Below, one piece after another: positions 40,677 through 50,750 of a stretch of DNA of 64,000 nt. Within the stretch, counting starts at the first letter, position 1. Each line of letters opens with the position of its first letter. The stretch is taken from contig OZ219802.1 of the NCBI GenBank assembly GCA_964291655.2, forward strand, positions 1,344,001 through 1,408,000, given 5' to 3'. The stretch is from Chloroflexota bacterium. Its GTDB lineage: Bacteria > Chloroflexota > UBA11872 > VXOZ01. The notes under the pieces are model-generated. The model ran no database searches. It was not told the DNA's origin and saw only the letters and a list, made by a program, of their open reading frames with translations. A program made the translations under genes and the position numbers.

Positions 40677-41969
40677 CTACGGTTGGGCAAGCCGTGCCTC
40701 TCGGACCTCCTTGACCAGCAAGAGGCCGACTCCGGAGAGTATTACGACAATTCCGGTGACCAGGTAGATAGGTCTCACCCCTAGTGCATCGATCAAGAAA
40801 CCACCCAACAACGCGGTGAATGGCGTGAACGCAGCGTTGATCACTACGAGATTTGCTACTACTTTCCCACGCATGTGATCGGGAGTCTCCGCCTGCACGA
40901 GGCTCTGCATCGGCAGCACGCCTGCGGTGAGGAAACCCATGAGGACAGCGATGGCAAACACGTGCCAGAGCTGCCCCGCAATCGCTAGCCCCGCTACCAA
41001 AATGCCCATGGCGGCAAGCGCGAGTGAGCTGAGCTTGCCGTCGCCTAATTGTCTTGCCAGCCACGGCGCCGCCGGCAGAGCGATGAGAATTGCAGCGGAT
41101 TCAATGGCGCTGAATAGGCCGAACGACTCCGGGCCCGCCTGAAGCGCTTGGCGGAAATACACCGGAAGCAATAGCCCCAAAGCCGGATAGTGGAACGCGT
41201 TGAGGATTAGCCCGGCAACGGCCATGGCGCGTATCAAGGGGTGCTTGAGTATGAAAGACACCGACAGTACCAGGTCTGACTTGGTGTTTCTCAGCATGCT
41301 CGCCAGCCTCGCGTGAGGCTTGGCTCCTGTGCTGATCGTGCTCCAATTTCCGGCCTGCGCGGGGGCGTCTACTCTGCTCATCAGTATTGCCGCAATGCCA
41401 TACGTAATGAGAACGCCACCAAGCGCATTCAGGCCGCCGATAGCTGCAAAGAGGAACCCCGCTGCGGCGGTACCGCCAATTCTTATTGCCTGCATACCCG
41501 CCGCTAAGGCGGCGTTTCCCGCAACCAACTTTTCTTTCGGCAGCAGGTTCGGCAGGATCGCCGCGCGGGCGGGATAGATGAGCAGACCCGCCGCGGTGAG
41601 AAGAAAACCGGCAACGGCAAAGTGCAACGTGTCTAAGGTCGTCAGGCGTCCCGCTACAAATAGTGCCGCCAACACAGCCACCCGCGCGACGTGCGAAGAT
41701 ATCATGAGAGTCTTGCGGTCCGCCCGGTCCGCGAGCACGCCGGCGAACGGTGAAAGAATGATGAACGGTGTCACAGCAGCGGCGCCGGTTATGCCCACGG
41801 CCATCGCAGTTCCCAGTTCTTGGAGAACGAGCCAGGGCAGGGCAACCCAGTAGATCGCATCGCCGACGCCGCTGGCAACCTGCGCCAGGAATAGGTAGCG
41901 AAAGTTGCGGTGCGCCAGGACCGCAAGTATTTCTGCTCGCCGGAAATGTGTGAACAGCAGTGAGTTCAT
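40677..41969 (-). CDS. MFS transporter
   Basis: RNFRYL, GVLADRADRK motif A, about 12 TM helices, Q..TP...RGKV. Confidence 0.92.
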   Translation of the reverse strand: MNSLLFTHFRRAEILAVLAHRNFRYLFLAQVASGVGDAIYWVALPWLVLQELGTAMAVGITGAAAVTPFIILSPFAGVLADRADRKTLMISSHVARVAVLAALFVAGRLTTLDTLHFAVAGFLLTAAGLLIYPARAAILPNLLPKEKLVAGNAALAAGMQAIRIGGTAAAGFLFAAIGGLNALGGVLITYGIAAILMSRVDAPAQAGNWSTISTGAKPHARLASMLRNTKSDLVLSVSFILKHPLIRAMAVAGLILNAFHYPALGLLLPVYFRQALQAGPESFGLFSAIESAAILIALPAAPWLARQLGDGKLSSLALAAMGILVAGLAIAGQLWHVFAIAVLMGFLTAGVLPMQSLVQAETPDHMRGKVVANLVVINAAFTPFTALLGGFLIDALGVRPIYLVTGIVVILSGVGLLLVKEVREARLAQP

Positions 41970-42168
41970 TGCCTGTATCCGGCCGAACCGGGCCGAGAGA
42001 AGCGTACAAAGAGACTCCTCCATGCTCGCACAAGAGTCCGCCCGCGACCATAGCCACAAACGCTGATCATTCCGTAATGAGCGGGCCGGGGGGCGGTTTC
42101 ACGTCATTAGGAGAGTACGAGCGGCGTAGGGGCGGTCTTGCAAGTGATGTAGAGGAAATACGGACGTT

Positions 42169-42912
42169 CTAGCAAGCGATCGCTTGCGGCAACTCGGCCA
42201 TGTTGGCAATGACATCTTGGCAAGCGTGGGCAGTGAAATCTGCCTGTGTGGTGACGCCGGAAAGCACGGCGATGAAGGGGACCCGAGCGCGCTGCGCGGC
42301 CTTGGCGTCGGTCACGCTATCCCCAACGTAGCAGGTGTTCGCCGGTACGCCCCCCAGCGCCGACATGGCAGCGAGCAGTCCCTCGGGGTCCGGTTTGGAG
42401 GCAATGACGTCTTCTCTCCCTACAACCACGTCGAATTCCGCACGCAGGTCCTCGCGCTCCAATATCTGCTCGATGCGGTAGCGGAACTTGGAGGAAACGA
42501 TGCCCAGCGCATAGCCGCGCCGCCGCAGTGCGCATATGGCCGCGGCGACGTGGGGGAGGATTACCGTTTGGTCGGCCATGATGGCGTCCGCCTGCACGAT
42601 GAAGAGGCGGTCGAAGGCTTTGCTGGCGTCTGCGACGGGGTCGGCGTCTGCGACGGGGTCGGCGTCTGCGACGGGGTCGGCGTCTACGACGGGGTCGGCC
42701 GCAGCAAACCGGTCTGACGGCAGGCTCTTGCCAACGATGTAGGCGAAAGCGTCCTTAAGTGTGAGACCGATGGTCTGGCGAATGAGATCCGGCGGCGCGG
42801 CAGGCAACCCAAGCGCTGTCAACGCTGAATTCGTACTCGCAATCACGCCGGTGGAAGAGTCCGCCAGCGTGTAGTCGAAGTCAAACAAGATAGTCTGAAA
42901 GTGAGAAGGCAA
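42169..42912 (-). CDS. HAD-superfamily hydrolase (phosphoglycolate phosphatase-like)
   Basis: FDFDYTL.DS, SSK, KPDP, YVGDS..D. Confidence 0.9.
   Translation of the reverse strand: MPSHFQTILFDFDYTLADSSTGVIASTNSALTALGLPAAPPDLIRQTIGLTLKDAFAYIVGKSLPSDRFAAADPVVDADPVADADPVADADPVADASKAFDRLFIVQADAIMADQTVILPHVAAAICALRRRGYALGIVSSKFRYRIEQILEREDLRAEFDVVVGREDVIASKPDPEGLLAAMSALGGVPANTCYVGDSVTDAKAAQRARVPFIAVLSGVTTQADFTAHACQDVIANMAELPQAIAC
42625..42696. repeat. In-frame 4 x 18-bp VNTR (DADPVA)
   Basis: GGCGTCTGCGACGGGGTC x4 with one mismatch. Confidence 0.95.
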
Positions 42913-42962
42913 AATTCTGCCGAAGAATGTATGAGGGTTTCAGAAATACTCTTGGGGCAAAC

Positions 42963-43538
42963 TTAAGTGCTAGTACCGGCAAGATGTAGAATCTCAAGAT
43001 TGCTGGGCGACGCCCCTTCTGCTCGCTTGAAGTCTGAGTCGGCAGTTACGAATGTCCCCGCGTGCGCCTCTGCGAGGGCGAGGTGAAGCGCATCATCAGG
43101 GGTAAACTCAAGGTCGCGCATATAGCGGATTGCCGCTGAGGTCATTGCTGGAGCGAAGGTCTTGCTATTCGGAACTACTTCTACCGGATGACCGGCTTCC
43201 TTCCAATCGTGTATCGCTAGCGCGACGCCTTCAATCCAGTCGCTGTGCTTTTCGAATGCCGCTGCCCTATGTCTGCGAAATGCGCTCCTTGAAAATTGAG
43301 AACCGGGCCTTTGCCTATTGATCGCGCGGTAGGATACCCTGAACATCGCCCACCACGCTTCTTGCAATGAGATCATAGACACAAGGATTGGCGCACCGGC
43401 AACGAGCAACTCTCCAACGACGCCATCACAACTCTTGTAAAGGTGATGGCTACTAGCAACGTATCCAACAAGCACGTTTGCGTCTAAGTAAACGGGCAAC
43501 CGAAACGAATGACCCGGCTGCCAGCGCCTTACGAGCAT
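42963..43538 (-). CDS. PIN-domain (VapC-like) nuclease
   Basis: VYLDANVL, S.ISLQE, DDALHLA.A, FVTADSDF. Confidence 0.85.
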   Translation of the reverse strand: MLVRRWQPGHSFRLPVYLDANVLVGYVASSHHLYKSCDGVVGELLVAGAPILVSMISLQEAWWAMFRVSYRAINRQRPGSQFSRSAFRRHRAAAFEKHSDWIEGVALAIHDWKEAGHPVEVVPNSKTFAPAMTSAAIRYMRDLEFTPDDALHLALAEAHAGTFVTADSDFKRAEGASPSNLEILHLAGTST

Positions 43539-43539
43539 T

Positions 43540-43902
43540 CTAGAAATCCGGAAGCGTGGTGAGTTCTACAACATCGAATCCAGGTGAGCCGGGAACAACA
43601 CCCATGTGCCGTACAAATGCCGTGAACAGTTTCGGCGTCATTCGCTGACGGTAGTAATCGAGGTCGACCTCGGCAAACCGCCGCTGGAATTCAGATTTCT
43701 TTACATAGAAGTCTGGTGCAACCTTGATCCATGGCTCTTCATGGGCCGATGGCTTCTCTTGTACATCTCTTCTATACGGGGCCCCACTTAACCACTGGAA
43801 TTTCTCATTGTCTGGATTCTTGGGAGAAAAGACATTTACTATTGCGCCGCTCTGATCGGTAGCTTCTCTATCAAGTGCTATGCTGAAATCTGTAGACATC
43901 AC
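43540..43902 (-). CDS. Hypothetical protein
   Basis: Translationally coupled to both neighbours. Confidence 0.65.
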   Translation of the reverse strand: MMSTDFSIALDREATDQSGAIVNVFSPKNPDNEKFQWLSGAPYRRDVQEKPSAHEEPWIKVAPDFYVKKSEFQRRFAEVDLDYYRQRMTPKLFTAFVRHMGVVPGSPGFDVVELTTLPDF

Positions 43903-44576
43903 CCACCTGCAGTCTTAGTAAGATCCGATTGCACGATTTGTATTGCGGACTCTTGCCACGAACGAGCGTCCGCAAGGACAATTCCTAGTTCCTGAGAAGT
44001 GTATTTCATCTCAACATTCCACTGAAACCCTAAACCCATGAATAGGAACAGATCTGGTGTCGATTCCCTCTCCCAGCGAAGAAAGTTTGTTTGCAGTTCC
44101 TTAGGTTCCATTGGACCAAGCTGAACGTGTCTAATCACATGACCTTCGTCCTGTTCGAATGTTAAGCCAAGATCGGTTGCGTGTTCAATTAGGGCGGTAT
44201 TTTGGAGATACGCCCGCTGAAAGTACGAACAGAGTTCGTGAAACGATAGTCCGTAGGGCTCAATGTACATAGAGTCTACACGCACTTTTTCAATCGTTGG
44301 AAAGGAAGAAACATCATTCAGCTCAGAGAATGCCTGCAAGGCATTCTGTAAGACCATTTCGTTTGTTCTATCCCCTTCCTGCTCGAAAGAGAACCCACGC
44401 ATTTGGAAGCCGATGCGCTGCCTATTTTCCTCATTCTCAAAGTACGTGGACTCTCCCTTTAGTTCAACGTTCTCACTACCGCTCGCTACGCGGAACAACC
44501 CACGTACTTCCAGCCAAGGCTGCAAGGGTTCTGAGAACTCCAGACGGATAACTGTTCTTACAAGCTCTACAGCCAT
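43899..44576 (-). CDS. Hypothetical protein (TIGR04255-like, tentative)
   Basis: AT-richer ORF; V...IRLEF start and IEKVRV..MYI motif. Confidence 0.7.
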   Translation of the reverse strand: MAVELVRTVIRLEFSEPLQPWLEVRGLFRVASGSENVELKGESTYFENEENRQRIGFQMRGFSFEQEGDRTNEMVLQNALQAFSELNDVSSFPTIEKVRVDSMYIEPYGLSFHELCSYFQRAYLQNTALIEHATDLGLTFEQDEGHVIRHVQLGPMEPKELQTNFLRWERESTPDLFLFMGLGFQWNVEMKYTSQELGIVLADARSWQESAIQIVQSDLTKTAGG

Positions 44577-44921
44577 TTTCTTTTCATCAACTGCATCCGG
44601 GTTTCCGCAACTCAAATCTCAGACATCGACCATTCTATAGGCCAATTATACTAATTTGGTGCGGTTAGCAGCGCAAGTAGAGAAAATATGCGAATAGCGA
44701 CTCGCCATATCACCTATGCCGAATCCAGCCCTTTGAACTCTAGTGTCATCCTACATTAACCAGTTACAGTTGAGCTCTTGCAAGAGCCGCACAAGATTCG
44801 CACTGAGGGAAAGTGGTCTTTCTTTGAGACGAGAGTGGCTAGAGAAGTGAGATTACAAACTCTCAATTCTGTCCAAAGAACTCAAGAGCTGCTGTCAGAA
44901 TTCGTTGAGGTACGTGAAGAA

Positions 44922-46298
44922 CTACGAGGACTGGGGAGTCGGTGTGGCTTGCACGGACTGGAGTTGCATGCGAATGGCGTCGTGGGTATCGGCGGCGGCT
45001 TGTCGGGCGGAGGACTGACCGGTAAGAACGGGGAAGACGAGCGATGCGAGGATGACAAAGGCGAGCCATTCCGGAGCGTCTGCGTCGATGTACTGACTCT
45101 GCTCCATACTATCTACCAGCACGACCGAGTCATTGACCGTAAGCGTCTGGTGCACGGTACGCAATGTCTCCGCGTCCACGCGAAAAGCCGGCATACTGAG
45201 AATCAAGGAAGCTGCCTGCAAGAGTGGATCCAGCACCTCGTAGGCGGCGTCCGGCTGGTTGCTCTCCTGCGCCACGCCAACCATGTGCGCCGCCATGCCC
45301 CAGGTCGCCGCACCGTTGCCGCGAGGCATTTCGACGAGTTCGAGCGACGCGCGTCCCGGCCCCCGCCAAAAGACTTCCGCGTTCACCATGCCCCCCGCCA
45401 TGGCAATTTGGCCGGAGAGTATCATGTCTTCGGCCTTGTCAGTGAGGCTGATTGTCAGGTTGTCCGTGCGGTAGTCCACGATGTCGAGGGGCGGAGCTAC
45501 CCCATGGTGCAGTATCAGATTCGCCTGGAACTGCAGCGCTTCAATGACCCCGGGATGCGTAACATCCCAGTTGCGGTCTTGAAAGAGGGTGCTCCCTTCC
45601 TGCCACGCCATGGCAAAGAACGGCGGGATGAGCGGCGCCTGCAAAGTGCCCCAGACCCGCGGGGTGGCTGTCGGGTCGTTGAGCGCCTGCGCCAAGGTCA
45701 AGAAGTCCTGCCAATTCCAGTTCTCTTCCGGTAACGGGGTGCTCGTCTGTGAAAAAAGCGCCGGGTTGTACAAGAGCGTACAAACCGACGCCGCGAGAGG
45801 GAGAGCGTGCAGCGTGCCACGGTTGGCGCCGCTACTCAGGATGTGCGGCCAGAATGTATCAGTAGAGAAATCTATGTCACGACGCGTAAACTCGCCAAGC
45901 GGGCGCGTCACGCCTTGCTGTGCCAGAGTTGGCAATGCGAACTGGTCCATCCAAACGAGATCGGGACGGATTCCGGCAGCTGTCAGCGCGGTGACGGCTT
46001 CAGAGTACGTCTGGCCGCCCGTAGGCCGCAGCGCAACCGGGTCAACCGTATACTGTTCGGCAAAGGTCACTTCCTCAAGCACCGCCCCTAACTCGCGGGT
46101 CTGGCTGCCTGAGGCATCGGGCAAAATGATGGTCAGCGTCGTCGGAGGGCTGACCGCCGCAGATTCCTCCGATTCCTCTTCAGATCTTGATCTCCCCGGC
46201 AACAATGACCCACACGCGGCAGCGGCAACAGGAACGAAGGGTGCTAAGAACAATAAATTTCGTCGCGTCACTGCGATCTTCCCTTCGAGCGGCCGCAA
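44922..46298 (-). CDS. ABC sugar-type extracellular solute-binding lipoprotein
   Basis: TRRNLL Tat-like signal, AAAC lipobox, PDLVW, G.LHALP, LYNP.LF, WNWQDF. Confidence 0.85.
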   Translation of the reverse strand: MRPLEGKIAVTRRNLLFLAPFVPVAAAACGSLLPGRSRSEEESEESAAVSPPTTLTIILPDASGSQTRELGAVLEEVTFAEQYTVDPVALRPTGGQTYSEAVTALTAAGIRPDLVWMDQFALPTLAQQGVTRPLGEFTRRDIDFSTDTFWPHILSSGANRGTLHALPLAASVCTLLYNPALFSQTSTPLPEENWNWQDFLTLAQALNDPTATPRVWGTLQAPLIPPFFAMAWQEGSTLFQDRNWDVTHPGVIEALQFQANLILHHGVAPPLDIVDYRTDNLTISLTDKAEDMILSGQIAMAGGMVNAEVFWRGPGRASLELVEMPRGNGAATWGMAAHMVGVAQESNQPDAAYEVLDPLLQAASLILSMPAFRVDAETLRTVHQTLTVNDSVVLVDSMEQSQYIDADAPEWLAFVILASLVFPVLTGQSSARQAAADTHDAIRMQLQSVQATPTPQSS

Positions 46299-46639
46299 GT
46301 CTCTTTACGTAAATTCGATTTCTTCTCAGCCTGCGGGATGCATTCGAGGAAAGTACGCCGCCGGTCACCGCTAATTCTCATCGTTGTGCTACGCTCTCGT
46401 CTATTTCTCGTCTACTCCGAACAACCTGCCGCGCTATGGGTGTAATGCTATCTTCTAGAATGCTAGACAAAGCTGGGAATAACCTGAGATTCTTGCGCAT
46501 TACAGTGCATATGTCGGCTCAAGTCGCACAATGAAGCAATCCATCTCCACCGCCAACCCGTGTAGCGGCACAAAGGAAGCCATTCCGTCTCATTAATCCT
46601 ATCACGCAGGCGAAGCTGTTTATAGGCGGACGACCAAGG

Positions 46640-47899
46640 CTAGACCTCGCGGGCGGCAATATCCTTGCGATAATAGCCATTCTCAAACGCGATGCGCTCG
46701 ATGTTGTCATAGGCGCGCGCCCGCGCTGTGGGCACGTTTGCGGCTTGCCCTACTGCTAGAAGCACACGGCCTCCCGCAGTGACAACCGCATCGTCTAACA
46801 GATCGGTGCCGGCATGGAAGAGCAACACGTCGTCGTCAAGCGTATCAAGTCCCGCAATGGAGTGGCCGGTGGTGTATGAGCCGGGATAGCCGCCGGAGGC
46901 GACCACCACGCCGCACGTGGCGGCGGGGTCCCACGTGACATCCACCTCCGCGAGCCGTCCCTCCACCGCAGCCTGAAACACCGCCACCAGATCGGCCTGC
47001 AGGCGCGGCAGGATGAGCTGCGCTTCAGGATCGCCGAGCCGCACGTTAAACTCGACAATGCGCGGGCCGTCGTTGGTCAGCATGAGCTGCCCGTAGAGCA
47101 CGCCCACGTACGGATGCCCTTCCTGCGCCATGAGCGTAACGGTGCGCTCCATGATCTCGTGATGAATGTAGTCCAGAGTCTCGGGGTCCACGAACGGCGC
47201 GGGAGAATAGCCACCCATGCCGCCGGTGTTGGGGCCCTCATCGCCGTCGAAGGCGCGCTTGTAGTCGCAGGCGGTGACGAGCGGTGTGATGTGGGTGCCG
47301 TCTGCGAAGGCGAAGACTGAAATCTCCGTGCCGCGCAGGCACTCTTCGATCACGATGCTGTCGCCGGATGCGCCGAATGCGTGCGCTTCCATTATGGTGT
47401 TTAGGGCTGCCAGTGCCTCGTCACGCGTTGCGCACACGAAAACGCCCTTACCGGCGGTCAAACCGTCGGGTTTGAGCACGACCGGTACGGGCGCTTGCTC
47501 TAGATAGGCCGCCGCGGCGTCCCGCTCAGTAAAGGTGGCAAAGTCGGCGGTGGGCAGACCATGCCGTTGCATGAAATCCTTGGACCAGACCTTGCTCCAC
47601 TCCAGTCTTGCCGCCGCCTGCGTAGGGCCAAATGCGGTCTGGCCCGCGGCTTGCAAGGCATCAACTGCGCCCAGCGCCAGGGGATCATCCTGCGCGACTA
47701 CGGTGAGGTCAATGGCATTTGCCGCTACCCAAGCGACCAGGGCATCTATATCAGTGGCTTCGATTGGGACGTTCTCAGCAAGAGAGGCAGTACCGGCATT
47801 GCCCGGGGCGACAAAAAGGGCCGGCTTAAGCGGACTCTGCGCGCACTTCCACGCGATGGCGTGCTCGCGTCCGCCTCCACCGACGATCAGAATGCGCAT
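46640..47899 (-). CDS. purD: Phosphoribosylamine--glycine ligase
   Basis: GGGGREHA, APGNAG, K.DGL.AGKGV, DYKRA.DGD.GPNTGGMG, EFNVR.GDPE. Confidence 0.97.
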   Translation of the reverse strand: MRILIVGGGGREHAIAWKCAQSPLKPALFVAPGNAGTASLAENVPIEATDIDALVAWVAANAIDLTVVAQDDPLALGAVDALQAAGQTAFGPTQAAARLEWSKVWSKDFMQRHGLPTADFATFTERDAAAAYLEQAPVPVVLKPDGLTAGKGVFVCATRDEALAALNTIMEAHAFGASGDSIVIEECLRGTEISVFAFADGTHITPLVTACDYKRAFDGDEGPNTGGMGGYSPAPFVDPETLDYIHHEIMERTVTLMAQEGHPYVGVLYGQLMLTNDGPRIVEFNVRLGDPEAQLILPRLQADLVAVFQAAVEGRLAEVDVTWDPAATCGVVVASGGYPGSYTTGHSIAGLDTLDDDVLLFHAGTDLLDDAVVTAGGRVLLAVGQAANVPTARARAYDNIERIAFENGYYRKDIAAREV

Positions 47900-48008
47900 T
47901 GGATACTCACTCAATCGGCACTAAAGGCTGACCACACTTTGGAAAATTGGCGGCACGTACCGACTCTAGAATAAGACAGGTAAGACAGAAATGCTCTCAG
48001 AATTCACG

Positions 48009-50060
48009 CTATCTAAGGGCCCTATTAATGGTGGCAATGAGTTTCTTCCACTGAGAACGCTCCTCATCAGTAAGATTCGCTGCCTCATGTTCCTTTGCCC
48101 AACGAAGATAAGCTTTCGCGAGCCGATACTTGGAGAAGTCCTTTTTGCCAATCTTATCAACGAAAACATCAACTACAGGCCTTTCTGGTTGTCGATTGGC
48201 AGCAGCCTCGATGTCCCAACATAGATCTTCCTTCGCTACACAAATGAGAGTGTCTCTTAGGAGATCTTCAATCTCTGGCCACTTGACCACTCCCAAGTAA
48301 GCGTCTGCTGTTCTGAGAATGTTCCTATTGCCCAAGGTATGAATTAGAGTCTCGACCTCGGCAGCTGAATTTCCAGCTGCATCAGAGTCCAGAAGAGCTG
48401 CTACTTTTAGATTGTTCGCATGCAGAATTGTGGCGAAATAGACAACTTTACCTGCGTCACCTGCCGGTACTAGCGAAATCCTGTCGTTAAGGGTTACCTC
48501 TCCTGCCGCATTCAAAAGAGCTGCAGTGGCTTCAACATACCAATAGTCTGTGAGGCCCTCGAGTACCAGATTTCGCTGCTGAGTAAACAGGCTCTGAGCA
48601 AGGTCATAGCCGAGAGCTTCCTGGAGAGGAAGAAGTGCCGTTGAGTCTCTTGCTGCTATTGTTGTGTGGACCTTCGTTCCTTTTTCTCTAGTCCTCATTT
48701 CCACAACTCGAACTAAATCAAGTTCATCCGGCCCAACCATAAACGGCGAATGCGTAGTGTACAAGATTTGGTTGCTCTCAGATAAGCGAGAGACGGTGGT
48801 GCGAAACTCGCGCTGCTTTAGGCCATGGAGACTTAGCCCCGGTTCATCTAGCAGCAAGATAGAATTCTGGTGACGATCAGCTGCTTCAGCAAAGAATACA
48901 ACGAAGAATGAAACTAGCCACTGGTAGCCTTCGGACCTCTGGTCGAGTTCGACTTCCGCGTCCAAGTCATCCTCTACAACTACCTTTAGGTACTGCTGGT
49001 CGGCTACCACTCGCAACTCGTCAGCTTCGGCCTTATCTGGATCGGGCTGCCAAACCTTGTTTATGCTATCAGTTAGCTCCCGACTCGCGGCACTAAGTCG
49101 GTACCTTCGTCTATCAAGCTGATCTTGGTACGCTTTTAGGCTGGCTTCGTCACCAGGATCGGGCTCAACCGCATTGCCGAGGTCGGAGAGTTCGCGTGCA
49201 CTGAAACCAAGAAGCTTGAGGAGGCATTCATTTCCTCTATCATACTCGTCGCCTTCTAAGATGTTTCCCTCTAATCGGTCAGCTAGAAGGCTGAGGTGGA
49301 TTCTTGCTCGGACTCTAAAGTAGTTCGAGAAGTATACGAAGATCGGCGTATTCTCATCGAGATATTTCAGTGCTTCATCAATCCTCTCGGATATCTCAAT
49401 TGCCTCACTTATCCTGTCAATGCGGTTCTGCTCGGCCTCATTGTCCTCGTCAACTAAATGCCATACACTGTCTAGCCACTGCCTGAAGGAAACAGCTCGT
49501 TCACCAGATATTTCGGTCGTGTTTTTCCAATCCCCAGTTATGGCATTTAACGTCTGACGATGAGTCCCTTCGGATTCTGATTCGGGGCCCTCAGGTACCT
49601 GTAAGTCAATGTGCGACGCTAGTCTCAAGAGGTCGCTCTTGATTTTTTGATATGTTGCAAATTTTGGGCCGCCCCTAATGCTATGCCATGAACTGTTGTC
49701 GAGACGACGCTCAACAACATAGATGCAGCCTGCAAGAAGTGCATCAATCTGCTTAACTGCCTCATCTTCAGCTTCGTCAAGACTAAATTCCGCCTCAACT
49801 ACTGTTATCTGATCTGGCCTTATGCTCCCTCGGCTAGTATCATCGAGGTCTAGCTTGCTTAGCTCCGATCTCGGGAAGTCCCGGAGTGGATCAAATCCAT
49901 TTACCTCTTCAGGAGGATTGATCTGTTGCAGCGCCCTGAGTAGAACGGTCTTACCCGCCTCATTTGGGCCAACCAAGATAGTTTTGTCTGGCTCGATTTC
50001 AATCCATCCAGAGTCACGAATACTACGGTAGTTCTGCACTCGAGCTCTTAGTAGTTTCAC
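48009..50060 (-). CDS. OLD-family ATP-dependent nuclease (ABC ATPase + TOPRIM)
   Basis: NYRSI, GPNEAGKT, RSEG, LLLDEPGLSLH, TTHSPF, LVLEGLTD, LLDSD, EIEDL. Confidence 0.85.
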   Translation of the reverse strand: MKLLRARVQNYRSIRDSGWIEIEPDKTILVGPNEAGKTVLLRALQQINPPEEVNGFDPLRDFPRSELSKLDLDDTSRGSIRPDQITVVEAEFSLDEAEDEAVKQIDALLAGCIYVVERRLDNSSWHSIRGGPKFATYQKIKSDLLRLASHIDLQVPEGPESESEGTHRQTLNAITGDWKNTTEISGERAVSFRQWLDSVWHLVDEDNEAEQNRIDRISEAIEISERIDEALKYLDENTPIFVYFSNYFRVRARIHLSLLADRLEGNILEGDEYDRGNECLLKLLGFSARELSDLGNAVEPDPGDEASLKAYQDQLDRRRYRLSAASRELTDSINKVWQPDPDKAEADELRVVADQQYLKVVVEDDLDAEVELDQRSEGYQWLVSFFVVFFAEAADRHQNSILLLDEPGLSLHGLKQREFRTTVSRLSESNQILYTTHSPFMVGPDELDLVRVVEMRTREKGTKVHTTIAARDSTALLPLQEALGYDLAQSLFTQQRNLVLEGLTDYWYVEATAALLNAAGEVTLNDRISLVPAGDAGKVVYFATILHANNLKVAALLDSDAAGNSAAEVETLIHTLGNRNILRTADAYLGVVKWPEIEDLLRDTLICVAKEDLCWDIEAAANRQPERPVVDVFVDKIGKKDFSKYRLAKAYLRWAKEHEAANLTDEERSQWKKLIATINRALR

Positions 50061-50064
50061 GCCG

Positions 50065-50349
50065 CTACAATCCAATCTGAAGTGAAAGCATGTTATGTCG
50101 CGGATGCAGTTGGCCCAACGTCATTACTCGATTAATTGGGCGAGCACCAATGTACAGAATGGCTACGAGATTCAGGCGCCGCTGCCTAGCTTCGCGATAC
50201 ACCTCATCGCGGCTCTCGCAATGGAAGAGCACGGCACCGCGAACTACCTCATTCATGGGAGTCAGTTCTGGTTCGTCAATCAGCACCCATTCCCCGTCGA
50301 ATGCCGCCTCAATCTCTGCATAGGTCATTACTTTCGCTTGCGTCTTCAT
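50065..50349 (-). CDS. Small hypothetical protein (DUF5678-like)
   Basis: EI...F.GEWVLI, G.V.FH...RDEVY; GGAGG SD. Confidence 0.65.
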   Translation of the reverse strand: MKTQAKVMTYAEIEAAFDGEWVLIDEPELTPMNEVVRGAVLFHCESRDEVYREARQRRLNLVAILYIGARPINRVMTLGQLHPRHNMLSLQIGL

Positions 50350-50677
50350 GTCACAGTTGCCTCCCCAACGGTATCACCTAAATGCTACCAGATAGAACTC
50401 AGCTTGCGCGATGGCGAACGTGATGCAAATCCAATGTCGTCGTTGCAGAAGGCACCGCAGTTTCCGTGCAAGACTCAGCTATCGCCCAACCTGTACACCG
50501 CCGCAGGGAGAATAGGGAAGGAATGCAACTGAAAGTAATGACTCCTACCCCGCGTTCATGCGGCGGCCCTGCGTTTCGCTTCGGTCAGCCAATTTCAGCT
50601 CGTACGGATAACTCAGTCTGTCTTGCGGCAACGGTTCGTGCCCACGACTATCGAGAGGATTTTGCTTGGTCAGGCAG

Positions 50678-50707
50678 TTGACACCTCTGATCTATGCTCG
50701 TTATAAC
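50678..50707 (+). promoter_or_regulatory. Sigma70 promoter
   Basis: TTGACA-N18-TATAAC. Confidence 0.6.
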
Positions 50708-50750
50708 TAGGGCAGAACGTGTGCTTCTCTGCGGACAAGGAGGACGAGCG

